Below the pieces are notes generated by a model. It was not told where the DNA came from and ran no database searches. It worked only from the letters and a program-made list of their open reading frames with translations. Below are positions 29,086 through 37,195 of a stretch of 64,000 nt of DNA, piece after piece. Origin of the DNA: a bacterium (GTDB taxonomy: Bacteria > Patescibacteriota > Minisyncoccia > Portnoybacterales > GWB1-42-6); assembly GCA_043800535.1 (NCBI GenBank), contig JAZDMV010000023.1:27264-91263 (forward strand), written 5' to 3'. Within the stretch, counting starts at the first letter, position 1. Each line of letters opens with the position of its first letter. Made by a program: the position numbers and the translations under genes.

Positions 29086-29102
29086 CTCCTTTTTTAAAAA
29101 AG

Positions 29103-29232
29103 AACAAAAAAAGTGCTCTAAAAGTTACTGCCAGGGACACCATTTCATACACCGGGTTCTCCCTACAGGCCGTTCGCGCCTGACGCGCCCCAGCTTCACC
29201 TCGCCTACGCCACCTGACACAATAACTAAAAG
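29103..29232 (-). ncRNA. Candidate small structured RNA or palindromic element (~130 nt) closed by an 8-bp terminal stem (AGTGCTCT/AGAGCACT). Its identity is unknown.
   Basis: GC-rich interior with nested hairpins (GCGC-ctgac-GCGC and others) in an AT-rich context, located between rpsI and the next gene. There are weak SRP-RNA-like words (GTCAGGT, GAAGC, CUGGCAG) on the minus strand. Confidence 0.3.
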
Positions 29233-29262
29233 AGCACTTATTTTTATTTACCGACTGCTGGA

Positions 29263-29790
29263 TTACCTCTTCGCCCACTGCGGAGATTTGCGCGCGGCCT
29301 TCAAGCCATATTTCTTCCTTTCTTTCATTCTCGGGTCGCGTTTAAGGTAGCCGGCCCGTTTCAGTTTTTTGCGGAAGTCAGCATTAAACTTAACCAGTGT
29401 CCTTGCAATGCCGTGCCGCAATGCTTCTGCCTGGGCGTGAATACCGCCACCAGAAACCTTCGCGACAACTTCAAATCTGTTAAGGGATTTTAACTTTCTC
29501 AAAGACGCCTCGGCTGTCTGCTGGAGTTCTTCCAGCGGGAAATATTCTTTGTATGTTTTCCCGTTGACGGTAATTTTCCCTTCGTCTTCCTCTAAGGGTT
29601 TTATGGTAAAAAGGCGGACTCTGGCAATCGCAGTTTTCCGGCGGCCAACAGCTTCATAATACTTTCTGAGCTTGCCGTTTTTTTCTTCCACTTCCTCTTC
29701 CTGCTTTTCAATCTCAATTTTCTCCTCAACAACGGCAGGAGCCGGCTTAGCCGTTTTTTTCGGTTTTGCGGTTTTCTTTTTAGTAGGCAT
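29263..29790 (-). CDS. rpsI: 30S ribosomal protein S9 with a Lys/Glu-rich N-terminal extension.
   Basis: The C-terminus is ...KKYGLKAARKSPQWAKR. Confidence 0.9.
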   Translation of the reverse strand: MPTKKKTAKPKKTAKPAPAVVEEKIEIEKQEEEVEEKNGKLRKYYEAVGRRKTAIARVRLFTIKPLEEDEGKITVNGKTYKEYFPLEELQQTAEASLRKLKSLNRFEVVAKVSGGGIHAQAEALRHGIARTLVKFNADFRKKLKRAGYLKRDPRMKERKKYGLKAARKSPQWAKR

Positions 29791-29792
29791 TT

Positions 29793-30143
29793 TTATAAGT
29801 TGATTTTTAGGCGCTTGATGACTTTGGCTCTAGTTTTATTCTTCGGCAGCATCCCGAGCACCGCCAGGCGCAGGACTTCGGCCGGATTTTTCGCAAATTT
29901 TTTTTCCAGCGTTTCTTTTCGCAAACCGCCCGGGTAACCTGAATGTTTATAGTAAATTTTCTGGCGCAATTTCTTGCCGCTGAATTTTAATTTTTCCACG
30001 CCAGAAACCTCAACGATATCGCCCGCGTCAACATGTTTTAAAAAAGATGGCTTCCCTTTTCCGCGCAAAAGCACAGACACATCGGCTGCCAAGCGTCCCA
30101 AAATTTTTCCCGTTGCGTCTATTTTATGTATTTTTGTTTCCAT
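29793..30143 (-). CDS. rplM: 50S ribosomal protein L13.
   Basis: Located immediately upstream of rpsI, with the expected L13 length and sequence pattern. Confidence 0.85.
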   Translation of the reverse strand: METKIHKIDATGKILGRLAADVSVLLRGKGKPSFLKHVDAGDIVEVSGVEKLKFSGKKLRQKIYYKHSGYPGGLRKETLEKKFAKNPAEVLRLAVLGMLPKNKTRAKVIKRLKINL

Positions 30144-30168
30144 AATGATTTTATCAATCGTCTCACGC

Positions 30169-30516
30169 TTATACTAGCTCAATTATCACCACCGCCGCGG
30201 CATCAGTTGTCCTTTGCCCCAGTTTTATGATTCTTGTATATCCACCAGCTCTTTCTTTGTATTTTGGCGCGACCTCTTTAATTAATTTTGCCACCGCCGG
30301 CTTTGGCAGAAACTTTTCTGCATTTCTTGCGCCTTCAATACCTCCTTTTTTTGCTTTCGTAATCAAACGTTCAACAAACCCGCGCATTTCTTTGGCCCGC
30401 GCTTCGGTCGTTTTTATTTTTCCGTTCATTATTAAATTCGCCGCCAGGCCTTTTAAGAATGCCTTGCGCTTGTCTCTCGTCCTGCCAAATTTTCTGCCTT
30501 TGTTTGCGTGTCTCAC
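30169..30516 (-). CDS. rplQ: 50S ribosomal protein L17 (GTG start).
   Basis: MRHANKGRKFGRTRDKRKA... The first codon is GTG. Confidence 0.85.
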   Translation of the reverse strand: MRHANKGRKFGRTRDKRKAFLKGLAANLIMNGKIKTTEARAKEMRGFVERLITKAKKGGIEGARNAEKFLPKPAVAKLIKEVAPKYKERAGGYTRIIKLGQRTTDAAAVVIIELV

Positions 30517-30520
30517 GTCA

Positions 30521-30600
30521 CCCTACGAATTTACTAATTTCTACAAATATTACGGATATAATATTTGTAAGATTGGTAATGATTCGTAATTTAGTAGGGT
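30521..30600. repeat. AT-rich palindromic intergenic element, family CCCTACGAATTTACTAA...TTAGTAGGG (copy 1).
   Basis: About 85% identical to 32786..32880. It has an internal perfect inverted repeat TACAAATATTA / TAATATTTGTA. Confidence 0.6.
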
Positions 30601-31541
30601 TATTTTAATTCAAAACCGTGCTTCTTCAACGCTTTTTTGATCTCTTTTATACCCTTATCTCCCATGCCCTCGATCTCTTTCAAAGACCCTTCGCTTTTTT
30701 TTGCCAAGCCGCCGAGCGTCTTTATTCCTGTCTCGACCAACGCATTAACTGTCCTGGTTGAAAGCTTTAATTCTTCAATTTTTATTTTAGTTGCTTCATC
30801 GCCCGCTTTTTCATCTTTGACCACGGCTTCTTTTTTTTCTTCTTCCTCCTCGCCTTTTTCCATCTCTAAAAATAGACCGAACTGGTCAACTAAAATTTTC
30901 GCTGCCTGAATAAACGCTCCTTCAGGCGAAATGCTGCCATCTGTTTCTATCTCGATTTTCAGCCGGTTAAAATCCGTTTGCTCGCCCACGCGCATATTCT
31001 CAACCTGAAAATTTGCTTTTGTCACCGGCGTGAAAAATGAGTCAATCGCAATCATTCCTATTTCCAGCTTCTCTTTTCTCCGTTTCTCCACCGGCACAAA
31101 TCCAAGCCCTTTTTCAACTTTTATTTCTATTTCCAGTTCCGCTTTTTTGTCGGATAGGCTTACGATGTGCGCATCTTTGTTTATAACTTCTATTTCAGAA
31201 CTTATTTTAATGTCGCCTGCTTTTACATCTTTCTGCCCCTTAGCCGAAAGAAAAACAGTTATCGGTTCTTCGCCATAATATCTGAATCTTATTTTCTTTA
31301 AATTTAAAATAATCTCAATCGCATCCTCGATCACGCCTGGAATTGTGGAAAATTCGTGCTGGACACCCTTGATTTTAAAACCGGTGGCCGCTGCACCAAC
31401 TAGAGAAGACAAAAGAACACGACGCAACGCATTACCCAACGTTATCCCATAACCAGGGTAACATCCCTCAATTTCAAAAACGGCGCGGTTTCCCTGCTTC
31501 TCAATGACCTTTGGTTTTTGAGGGAGAGGTATGTTTTGCAT
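30600..31541 (-). CDS. rpoA: DNA-directed RNA polymerase subunit alpha.
   Basis: N-terminal domain sequence YGITLGNALRRVLLSS plus a C-terminal alphaCTD. Confidence 0.9.
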   Translation of the reverse strand: MQNIPLPQKPKVIEKQGNRAVFEIEGCYPGYGITLGNALRRVLLSSLVGAAATGFKIKGVQHEFSTIPGVIEDAIEIILNLKKIRFRYYGEEPITVFLSAKGQKDVKAGDIKISSEIEVINKDAHIVSLSDKKAELEIEIKVEKGLGFVPVEKRRKEKLEIGMIAIDSFFTPVTKANFQVENMRVGEQTDFNRLKIEIETDGSISPEGAFIQAAKILVDQFGLFLEMEKGEEEEEKKEAVVKDEKAGDEATKIKIEELKLSTRTVNALVETGIKTLGGLAKKSEGSLKEIEGMGDKGIKEIKKALKKHGFELK

Positions 31542-31637
31542 AAACTCGCCACTAATCCACGAATTGTCACGAATATCACGAATAAAGATTTAATTTATTA
31601 GCGTCATTCGTGTGTCATTTGTGTATTGGTGTCGCTA

Positions 31638-32267
31638 TTATCTTGAGTAAAACTCAACCACGAGAGACGCCGGATTTAAATCACCCAGGTCCTCGGCAGT
31701 TGGAACATTTAAAATTTTACCTTCTAATTTTTCTTTATCCAAAGAGATCCAGGCGGGAGTTTCGTATTTTTTCAATGTAGCCACCAAATCTTTCATCAAG
31801 TTTGATTCTTTTATTCTCGGCCTTAATTTAATTATCTGCCCTTTTTTTGTCTGATAAGAAGGGATGTCTACTCTTTTATCGTCAACTAAAATATGGCCGT
31901 GGTTGACCAGCTGTCGCGCCATTGCCCGCGATTTTGCCCAACCCAGACGGAATACCACGTTATCAAGCCTTGTTTCAAGCCGCCTCATGAAAATTTCGCG
32001 GGTATCTTTCTTTTCGGCTATCGCGTCTCTTACGTATTTGGCGAATTGGCGTTCAAGCACTCCGTAAGTTCTTTTCACCCGCTGTTTTTCCGCCAATTGT
32101 TTTCCGTATTCCGAGCCGCCGCCCCGGCGCTTTCTGCCACCTTTTCCGTGGATTCCCGGCGGATCAGGTCGTTTTACCATGGCGCATTTTTGCCCAAAAC
32201 AACGGTCTCCCTTCAAAAAGAGCTTTCCTCCTGCCCGTCTGCATTTTTTGCATGTTGCGTCTGCCAT
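31638..32267 (-). CDS. rpsD: 30S ribosomal protein S4.
   Basis: An N-terminal zinc-ribbon-like region CKKCRRAG...C is followed by an S4 domain (RLDNVVFRLGWAKSRAMARQLVNHGHI). Confidence 0.9.
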   Translation of the reverse strand: MADATCKKCRRAGGKLFLKGDRCFGQKCAMVKRPDPPGIHGKGGRKRRGGGSEYGKQLAEKQRVKRTYGVLERQFAKYVRDAIAEKKDTREIFMRRLETRLDNVVFRLGWAKSRAMARQLVNHGHILVDDKRVDIPSYQTKKGQIIKLRPRIKESNLMKDLVATLKKYETPAWISLDKEKLEGKILNVPTAEDLGDLNPASLVVEFYSR

Positions 32268-32318
32268 TGTTGTCTGACTTTATTAGAATAAACACTTCCG
32301 TCAAAATGTAACAAGACT

Positions 32319-32780
32319 TTAGACACGCCTAACTTTCGGCGGCCGGCATCCGTTATGCGGAATAGGCGTTACGTCCTTAATCGCTGCAATTTCAAGGCCG
32401 TGCGAGGCAAGCGCCCGGATAGCCGCTTCCCGGCCACTGCCAATTCCTCTCACATAAACCACCACTTCCCTCACTCCCATCTTTTTTACTTTTTCAATCA
32501 CCGCCTCAACAACTTTTGAAGCAGCAAAAGGCGTTGCCTTTTTCGGCCCCTTAAAACCCAAACCGCCTGAGCTTGCCCATCCCAAAACATCGCCAGCCAT
32601 ATCAGTCATGGTCAGCATAGTATTGTTATAACTTGATTTAATATATGCTTTTGCTTTCTCAACCCTTCTGCCCTTCACTTTTTCCACACCCGATACCGCC
32701 TTTTTCTGCGCGGCTGATACTTCCTGTTCTTCCTTTAGGGCTTCTTCTTCGGATTGAGCAATAATTTTTTTCTTTCCCAT
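32319..32780 (-). CDS. rpsK: 30S ribosomal protein S11.
   Basis: C-terminal GCRPPKVRRV. Confidence 0.9.
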   Translation of the reverse strand: MGKKKIIAQSEEEALKEEQEVSAAQKKAVSGVEKVKGRRVEKAKAYIKSSYNNTMLTMTDMAGDVLGWASSGGLGFKGPKKATPFAASKVVEAVIEKVKKMGVREVVVYVRGIGSGREAAIRALASHGLEIAAIKDVTPIPHNGCRPPKVRRV

Positions 32781-32785
32781 GGCGT

Positions 32786-32880
32786 CCTACGAATTCACTA
32801 ATTTTTACATATATTACCTGCCGGCAGACAAACGAATATAATATTTGTAAAATTGGTAATGATTCGTAATTTAGTAGGGT
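32786..32880. repeat. AT-rich palindromic intergenic element, family CCTACGAATTCACTAA...TTAGTAGGG (copy 2).
   Basis: The 3' 45 nt (ATATAATATTTGTAAAATTGGTAATGATTCGTAATTTAGTAGGGT) are nearly identical to the copy at 30521..30600. Confidence 0.6.
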
Positions 32881-32881
32881 T

Positions 32882-33292
32882 TTAAGTTTTTTCCGCCCCT
32901 GCCTTTCTTCCGCTGCCCATCGTCTTTCTTACATTCCCCCGGACGGTTCTGGTATTGGTCCGCGTGCGCTGGCCTCTGACCGGCAGACCTTTTATATGAC
33001 GGATTCCGCGGTATGAACCGATGTCTTTTAGTCGTTTAATATTCATCATTCTTTCCCTTCGCAGCTCACCTTCAATTTTATAGCTTTTTTCAACAATTTC
33101 TTTAAGAACGTTCAGCTGTTCGGCCGTCAGTTTATTGGCACGTAAATTCGGGTCAATTTTAGCCTGCGCCAAAATTTTGTTGCTCAAAGTCCGCCCTATG
33201 CCATAGATATAGGTAAGCGCGATTTCAATACGTTTATTGTCTGGTATGTTTATACCTGCAATACGTGGCATTGTTTTAAATTCAATATCCAA
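32882..33292 (-). CDS. rpsM: 30S ribosomal protein S13.
   Basis: MPRIAGINIPDNKRIEIALTYIYGIGRT. Confidence 0.9.
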   Translation of the reverse strand: MDIEFKTMPRIAGINIPDNKRIEIALTYIYGIGRTLSNKILAQAKIDPNLRANKLTAEQLNVLKEIVEKSYKIEGELRRERMMNIKRLKDIGSYRGIRHIKGLPVRGQRTRTNTRTVRGNVRKTMGSGRKAGAEKT

Positions 33293-33366
33293 ATTTCCTA
33301 ATTTCTAAATTTTCGGCCTATCGGCGGAAAAAACAAGAAATTGGAAAATAAATAAGCTATAGAAAA

Positions 33367-33480
33367 TCATCCTTGCCTTTGTTTGTGTTTCTTGTTCACA
33401 CAGATAACATAAATTTTCCGCTTGCGGCGAACAATTTTGCATTTTGCACAAATCTTTTTAACTGATGCTCGAACTTTCAT
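33367..33480 (-). CDS. rpmJ: 50S ribosomal protein L36.
   Basis: Not in the ORF track. Hand translation gives [37 protein letters not shown] (37 aa, with the C-x2-C-x12-C-x4-H pattern). Confidence 0.85.
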   Translation of the reverse strand: MKVRASVKKICAKCKIVRRKRKIYVICVNKKHKQRQG

Positions 33481-33617
33481 GACAATAAAAATACGGATAC
33501 TTTAGGCGCAAAGCGCTTTATCCGTCTTTTGAGGATTCTGAACTGCAGATCTAGTGAACGCCTTTTCCTTCCAATAACCGGAAGGGTTAAGGCCTGATCT
33601 GCGTTCCGAAAGCCCTT

Positions 33618-33839
33618 TTAAGATAATCGAAGGATAATTCTACCTCTGTTTAAATCGTATTGGCTTATTTCTACCTTAACCCTGTCACCCGGCAAAATTC
33701 TTATGTGATTCATCCGCATCCGGCCCGATAAATGAGCCAGAATCTCTTCGCCGCCCTCCAACCGAACCTTGAAAACCGTGCTTGGCAAAGCCTCAATCAC
33801 TTCCCCTAATTTTGTTGTTTTATCGTTTTTATTAGCCAA
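33618..33839 (-). CDS. infA: Translation initiation factor IF-1.
   Basis: S1-like OB fold: [46 protein letters not shown]. Confidence 0.9.
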   Translation of the reverse strand: MANKNDKTTKLGEVIEALPSTVFKVRLEGGEEILAHLSGRMRMNHIRILPGDRVKVEISQYDLNRGRIILRLS

Positions 33840-33940
33840 TTTCGCTTATATTTAAATATATAACGGAATCTTTAATTAGTCAACCCCTCACATGGATGTT
33901 ACGTCGAATGGGCGTATTTGTATAAATTTTACACTGATTT

Positions 33941-35818
33941 TTAGTTTTCGCCATGTGAGGGGTCAACAGTAACCCTTATTTTATCCAGTTGTTTGGGAAT
34001 TTTGCTGCTCCAGAATGGCCAGAGAGAAAAACGTGCTTCTTTTATCTCGGGCCGGCCAAACAGTACATCTTTTATTTCCTGCTCCTTCTTGCCAGCCGTA
34101 ATTTTTTTGATCTCTTCCGTGTCAACCTTCCAGACAACCTCTTGGCTCCCCTGCACTTTAAAGCTTAATTGCCCCTTTTCCATGTCAACTTTGATATCCT
34201 TATATTCAACCTGCGTCCGTTTTTGTATTTCTTTTGTGTCTGACAGAATATCCGCTAAATCGTTCTGAATCAGCCGCCAGATGTCTTCTTCCAAAAATAT
34301 AAGGGCTCGCGCCGTCGCTTTGATGGTCAGAGTAAATTTTTCTGCCTTGCCACCCACCTCAACCGACGGCTTAACTTCGCCCATCTGCGTGGCAAGCGCG
34401 CCCGAAACAAGCTTATACCCATTGGGAATTTGATCGGTTAATTCCTTCTCTGCCTTTTGCTTCAATAAGCCCCAAACTTTTTCTTTCGCCTTGTCAAAAT
34501 CCTCCTGCGTCATTACCCTGACGTTTTCAGTAGACCCGCCAGTCATTGCGTTCTGCGACTTGCCGTAAAAACCAGTATATTTTGGCGAGCCCTTGAATCC
34601 CGGAATGGTGAAATCAGCCGACCCTATATTATAGTCAACTCCTGGCTGATCTGCTTCAACATTTACGTCAAGCGAGCTTGCGATAATTTTTGCATCCTGT
34701 ACCTTTGCGCCCGGAATAGTGACTGTTTTTGTTAGACGATAGATTTTTCCCTGCGGGGAGAGGAATCGCGTTGTCTCAACCAATGTCTGCGGCTCGGAAC
34801 TATACGCGTTAAAAACTGTTATTACGCCTTTGGCTTTATCGTTCAGCTGCCGCTGGCCAGAAGCCGAAAATTCCGCAGTTTCCTTTTCCTCAAGTTTTAC
34901 AATCTGGCCGGGAATTTTATTGGCCGCGACATCCGCCTGGCCAACGTTTTTATCAGCAGTAATCTTAAGATCAATAGTAGCGTTGTCTCTCTTCGCGGCA
35001 ATTGTAATTTCCGCACTTGGCAGCATAAGTAAAAATACGAGACCTGCGATAACAATTGCCGCACCAATAAAAATTCCGAATATTTTAAGAGGCAATGCCT
35101 CCATAAGTCTGCCTGGCAGCAAACGACCTATGCCGCGTCCTTCTTGCATGTCTTCGCTTTTTGCGCGGCCTTTGTGCCGCCACATATAATTGCTGTAATC
35201 TTCCCGTGCCATCTCTGCTTTTTTTACACGCGGCTGTTCTTCTGATGTTTCTTCTGATTCTCTTTGCTTATGCAAAAATTTGGCTGCTCTTCCAAAAATA
35301 CTATTTTTGCCTGCCACAAATTTGCCGCTAGCAGGCCTGACGCCTCTGACAATGTCGCTCATCCGCGCCGGTATGCGTTTCCTTTCTTCTTTCAGCAAAC
35401 CAGCAAATTCATTTTCCGTAAGCTGTTCTTCCATAACTGTCTCGTTATCTTCTTCCTCCTCACTTTCCTCGTCCTGGCCTTCTTCGTTAGTTTCTGACGC
35501 ATATTCTTCATCTTTTTTTTCTTTTTCTTCCTCCTCCGTTTCGTCCTCCACCCCTGCCAGTTCATCAAGCGATTCACTCGCCTGAAAATCCGCTTTTTTA
35601 GCGAGACGAATCGCCGTCGGGTCTTGAGAAATAATAGTTACCTGTTTTCTTAAATTATCCGCTTCCCGTTTAAGCAATTTCAGATTTACCAAGCTCTGCG
35701 TGATTACGGCAGATATCGGAATAACCAAAAATACATCTCGTTTTTTTGCTTTTACGAGCCTGTCAATTACAGACGTAATTTCCTCGTCCGGCCTGATATA
35801 AATTATCTTTTCGTTCAT
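33941..35818 (-). CDS. Hypothetical large membrane-anchored protein. A cytoplasmic acidic low-complexity region is followed by a single TM and a ~380-aa extracytoplasmic domain.
   Basis: EDETEEEEKEKKDEE...EESEEEEDNET acidic tract. TM helix ALPLKIFGIFIGAAIVIAGLVFLLMLP. No recognised domain. Confidence 0.5.
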   Translation of the reverse strand: MNEKIIYIRPDEEITSVIDRLVKAKKRDVFLVIPISAVITQSLVNLKLLKREADNLRKQVTIISQDPTAIRLAKKADFQASESLDELAGVEDETEEEEKEKKDEEYASETNEEGQDEESEEEEDNETVMEEQLTENEFAGLLKEERKRIPARMSDIVRGVRPASGKFVAGKNSIFGRAAKFLHKQRESEETSEEQPRVKKAEMAREDYSNYMWRHKGRAKSEDMQEGRGIGRLLPGRLMEALPLKIFGIFIGAAIVIAGLVFLLMLPSAEITIAAKRDNATIDLKITADKNVGQADVAANKIPGQIVKLEEKETAEFSASGQRQLNDKAKGVITVFNAYSSEPQTLVETTRFLSPQGKIYRLTKTVTIPGAKVQDAKIIASSLDVNVEADQPGVDYNIGSADFTIPGFKGSPKYTGFYGKSQNAMTGGSTENVRVMTQEDFDKAKEKVWGLLKQKAEKELTDQIPNGYKLVSGALATQMGEVKPSVEVGGKAEKFTLTIKATARALIFLEEDIWRLIQNDLADILSDTKEIQKRTQVEYKDIKVDMEKGQLSFKVQGSQEVVWKVDTEEIKKITAGKKEQEIKDVLFGRPEIKEARFSLWPFWSSKIPKQLDKIRVTVDPSHGEN

Positions 35819-35868
35819 TTTCAGACTATATTTTTAAAATTTATCTTGCCGCAAAGTAGTTTTTTAAG

Positions 35869-37128
35869 TTATGTCTGCATGAGCCGGATCGCCCTTTTCA
35901 ACATCGGCGCAAAAATGCCTTCATCGCCCAAAAGCTGGACCGATAAGCTGGCCAGCGCCAGAGGCGTCACGTCTTTTGGCTCCTTCAACTTTCCTGTTTT
36001 ATCTTCTATGCCTACAACCTGAGCCGGATCAATAAAATTAACTTCCGGCACCTGTAAAAGCGGCAAATCTTTTGCCCAGTCACCCGATTCCAGAGCTTTT
36101 TTTATTCCCGGCAAACTGCTGCCGCCGCCGCAAAGCAGAATTTTTGAAGGCAACGGGCTTAATTTGGAAAATTCGCTTAAGGCCAGACCCACCCCGCCGA
36201 GCCACACCTTTATGTCCTGTTTAAAAATATCAGAAATTTTTTTCTTAACGCCGCTCGAAATTTCTCCACGGCTATATTTTAGCTTTATCTGCTCGCCTTC
36301 TGTAAAATTAACCGCCAGATTATCACAAAGACGCTTGGTAAAAGCACGGCCGCCCAGAGCAAATGATTTTATTCCTTCAAGTCCGCCCTGGCGCAGAAGT
36401 GCGATATCCGTTGTGCCACCGCCGATATCAATAAAAATCACGTCGTTTTGATTTTCAATATCAATGCCTCTGGCAATCGCATATGGTTCGGCAGCTACAA
36501 AAAGCAGATCGAGATTCAAGGTCTTAGCAATAGAATTTATCGCGCCAAGATGGAGAAGCGGGGCGTAGGCATTAAAAATGCTGAGCGTTATCTCCTTGCC
36601 CTGAAAACCCAAAGGATTTGTCACCTGATATCCGTCAATTTTTACTTCAACGATTGTCGCGTTTATCATTTTTACCTCAATTTCGGAAATTCCGCTTTCC
36701 TCGGCCAGTTCCTGACGAATTTTATTGAACGCCTTCCATTGTATTTTCTGGATAATATTTTTGAGCTCCGGCATTTCTATCTTTTCCTTCGGCTCTTCCC
36801 GTTCGCAGGCAAAACTAAAAGTCGCTCCTTTGACAAATTCTCCGGCAATACCAATTATCGCCTGGCTGACTTTGGTTTTGGCCTCGGCCTCAACCGCCAA
36901 AATCGCTTTTTTACATGTGTCGGCCACGCCTTCTATGTCAGTCACCGCACCAGCTATCATATGCGCGATTTTTTGCGGCTCCAAAACCGCCCCCACGATC
37001 TGGCCGGCTCTTTTTTTCTCGTCTACTTTAACAATGAGTGCTTTTACAAATTCGGTGCCGATATCCAAAACCAAAACGCAATCGCCTTTTATTTTCCTTT
37101 TTCCGAAAATCTTATCAAAAATGCTCAT
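35869..37128 (-). CDS. Actin-like ATPase of the FtsA/PilM family (ASKHA fold).
   Basis: VLVLDIGTEFVKALIV...VIFIDIGGGTTDIALL phosphate-binding motifs. Length is 419 aa. Confidence 0.6.
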   Translation of the reverse strand: MSIFDKIFGKRKIKGDCVLVLDIGTEFVKALIVKVDEKKRAGQIVGAVLEPQKIAHMIAGAVTDIEGVADTCKKAILAVEAEAKTKVSQAIIGIAGEFVKGATFSFACEREEPKEKIEMPELKNIIQKIQWKAFNKIRQELAEESGISEIEVKMINATIVEVKIDGYQVTNPLGFQGKEITLSIFNAYAPLLHLGAINSIAKTLNLDLLFVAAEPYAIARGIDIENQNDVIFIDIGGGTTDIALLRQGGLEGIKSFALGGRAFTKRLCDNLAVNFTEGEQIKLKYSRGEISSGVKKKISDIFKQDIKVWLGGVGLALSEFSKLSPLPSKILLCGGGSSLPGIKKALESGDWAKDLPLLQVPEVNFIDPAQVVGIEDKTGKLKEPKDVTPLALASLSVQLLGDEGIFAPMLKRAIRLMQT

Positions 37129-37195
37129 TGAATTTTTCTCTCTTTCATTATACTAAAAACCGCCCCGCCAAACAATCATAAATATCCACCGCTCG

